Assembly: GCA_038209745.1 (NCBI GenBank)
Contig: JBBQXJ010000089.1
Coordinates: 1-18,668 of the forward strand
Direction of reading: 5' to 3'
Origin: Verrucomicrobiota bacterium
GTDB taxonomy: Bacteria; Verrucomicrobiota; Verrucomicrobiia; Limisphaerales; CANJSG01
Length of the DNA stretch: 18,668 nucleotides
Positions within the stretch are counted from its first letter, which is position 1; every line of letters starts with the position of its first letter. This document shows, in pieces, positions 17,206 through 18,668 of the stretch. The notes under the pieces are model-generated. The model saw only the letters and a program-made list of their open reading frames with translations, was not told where the DNA came from and did no database searches. The translations under genes were made by a program, and so were the position numbers.

Positions 17206-17717
17206 AGACACGAATTCCACGGATTATCACGAATGAAGACCTGCATCCTCATGCTTCAGCAGCAATTCGTGACAATTGGTGAAATTCGTGGCTCAACGAA
17301 AGGCTGCTCCGATGTCTGATCTCCTCTTCAAAGAAGAGAGCTTCCAGCTCGTGGGGCTTTGCATGGAGGTGCATCGCGATCTGGGCAAAGGCCATGATGA
17401 GATCATCTACAAGGACGCGCTCGTCGTTGAATTGAGTCGGGCGGGCATCCCATTTGAGCGGGAGAAGAAACACGAAATCACCTACAAAGGCGTTCTTCTG
17501 GCGCATCCCTATTTCGCGGGTTTTGTCGTTTGGAACAAAATCATTTTCGAGGCGAAAGCCATCGAATCCCTCGCAGACTCCCATATCAAACAAGTCCTGA
17601 ACTACCTGGCCGCGTCGAAACTCCGGCTCGGCCTGCTGGTCAACTTCGGCGGCGACTCCTTGGAATGGAAACGCGTCGTTCTCTTAGCATTCGTGCCTAT
17701 TCGTGAAATCCGTGTCT
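17206..17717. repeat. Three 30-bp arms of triple CACGAAT/ATTCGTG heptamers forming inverted repeats around the GxxExxY gene (candidate mobile cassette)
   Basis: Left arm 17206-17235 AGACACGAATTCCACGGATTATCACGAATG; inverted arms at 17264-17293 and 17688-17717, each 24/30 identical to the left arm after reverse complementing. Confidence 0.85.
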
Positions 17718-17719
17718 GA
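17312..17719 (+). CDS. GxxExxY protein (PD-(D/E)xK nuclease superfamily)
   Basis: LLFKEESFQLVGLCMEVHRDLGKGHDEIIYKDAL (GxxExxY = GHDEIIY), ITYKG, KIIFEAKA, QVLNYL, GLLVNFG..SLEWKR. Confidence 0.93.
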   Translation: MSDLLFKEESFQLVGLCMEVHRDLGKGHDEIIYKDALVVELSRAGIPFEREKKHEITYKGVLLAHPYFAGFVVWNKIIFEAKAIESLADSHIKQVLNYLAASKLRLGLLVNFGGDSLEWKRVVLLAFVPIREIRV

Positions 17720-17731
17720 GTTTTTGTTTCA

Positions 17732-18668
17732 ATGAGCAGCTATCATTTAGACCACCTTCAATATTTGGAGACCGAGGCCATCCACATCATGCGGGAAGTG
17801 GCCGCCGAGTTTGAGCGGCCCGCGTTGTTGTTCTCCGGCGGCAAGGATTCCATCTGCCTCCTGCGTCTCGCCGAGAAGGCCTTCCGCCCGTCCGAGATCC
17901 CGCTGCCGTTCCTCAACGTCGAGACCGGCCATGAGTTTCCCGAGTTGATCGAGTTCCGCGACCGCCGCGCCAAGGAACTCGGCGCCAAGCTCATCGTCCG
18001 CACCGTGGATGAAGCTGTCGCCAAGGGGGCCGCGACCTACACGCCCGGCCAGATCAGCCGCAACCAGCTCCAGATCCCCGTCCTCCTCGGCGCCATCGAG
18101 GAATTCCGCTTCGACTGTGCCATCGGCGGCGCCCGGCGCGACGAGGAAAAGGCCCGGGCCAAGGAACGTTTTTTCAGCTTCCGCGACGGCTTCGGCCAGT
18201 GGGATCCCAAGAACCAGCGTCCCGAGATCTGGAACCTCTACAACGCCCGTCTCAACCCCGGCGAAAACATGCGCGTCTTTCCGCTCTCCAACTGGACCGA
18301 GATGGACGTCTGGGAATACATCAAGCAGGAGAAGCTTGAAGTGCCACGCATCTACTTCAGCCACACCCGAGATTGTTTCCGCCGTGGTGGCCAGTGGATT
18401 CCCGTCCCGACGCCGCACACCGATGCCACCAAGCCCGATCCCTACGAAGGCGCGCGTCCCAGGCCGACCGATGAGATCAAGTCCCTCGTCGTCCGCGTCC
18501 GCACCATCGCCGACATGATCAGCACCGGAATGATCGAGAGCCCGGCCATCACCGTGGACGACATCATCGGCGAAGTCGCCGCCGCCCGCGTGACCGAACG
18601 CGGCACCCGCGCCGACGACAAGGCCAGCGAAGCCGCGATGGAAGACCGCAAGAAGGCCGGGTATTTCT
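17732..18668 (+). CDS. cysD: Sulfate adenylyltransferase subunit 2 (stop codon cut by the window edge; absent from the ORF track)
   Basis: From ATG 17732: HLQYLETEAIHIMREVAAEFERPALLFSGGKDS, GGARRDEEKARAKERFFSFRD.FGQWDPKNQRPEIW, MRVFPLSNWTEMDVW, ending MEDRKKAGYF at the window end. Confidence 0.97.
   Translation, partial: MSSYHLDHLQYLETEAIHIMREVAAEFERPALLFSGGKDSICLLRLAEKAFRPSEIPLPFLNVETGHEFPELIEFRDRRAKELGAKLIVRTVDEAVAKGAATYTPGQISRNQLQIPVLLGAIEEFRFDCAIGGARRDEEKARAKERFFSFRDGFGQWDPKNQRPEIWNLYNARLNPGENMRVFPLSNWTEMDVWEYIKQEKLEVPRIYFSHTRDCFRRGGQWIPVPTPHTDATKPDPYEGARPRPTDEIKSLVVRVRTIADMISTGMIESPAITVDDIIGEVAAARVTERGTRADDKASEAAMEDRKKAGYF

Noticed and set aside
17206..17717. CACGAAT repeats as a CRISPR array or classical IS
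   Set aside because: Units are 7 bp with 2-3 nt spacers and are inverted; no cas gene, no DDE/HUH transposase, no convincing target-site duplication.

Overview
GC-rich bacterial chromosomal window; gene repertoire suggests PVC superphylum, probably Verrucomicrobiota (inference). Order: 3' part of purQ; a ~680 bp intergenic region with DnaA-box-like sites and AT-rich repeats; dnaA (not followed by dnaN); hisC; a convergent hybrid sensor kinase (beta-propeller/Y_Y_Y, PAS, HK, REC); a 6S RNA (ssrS) followed by rarA, 5-formyl-THF cyclo-ligase and rny; a minus-strand unit (rfaE2-type adenylyltransferase, membrane-anchored coiled-coil protein, an unannotated 52-aa lipoprotein, terminator, then a decayed duplicate of that lipoprotein); and a sulfate assimilation operon (cysI, cysH, cysD) with small accessory cassettes in both junctions: an amber-interrupted ORF plus a DUF433/PIN toxin-antitoxin pair, and a GxxExxY nuclease-like gene bracketed by 30-bp triple-heptamer inverted repeats. 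The GxxExxY repeat cassette, which looks like a compact mobile element, is the most unusual item. All calls come from motif recognition and manual reading; no database searches were run.
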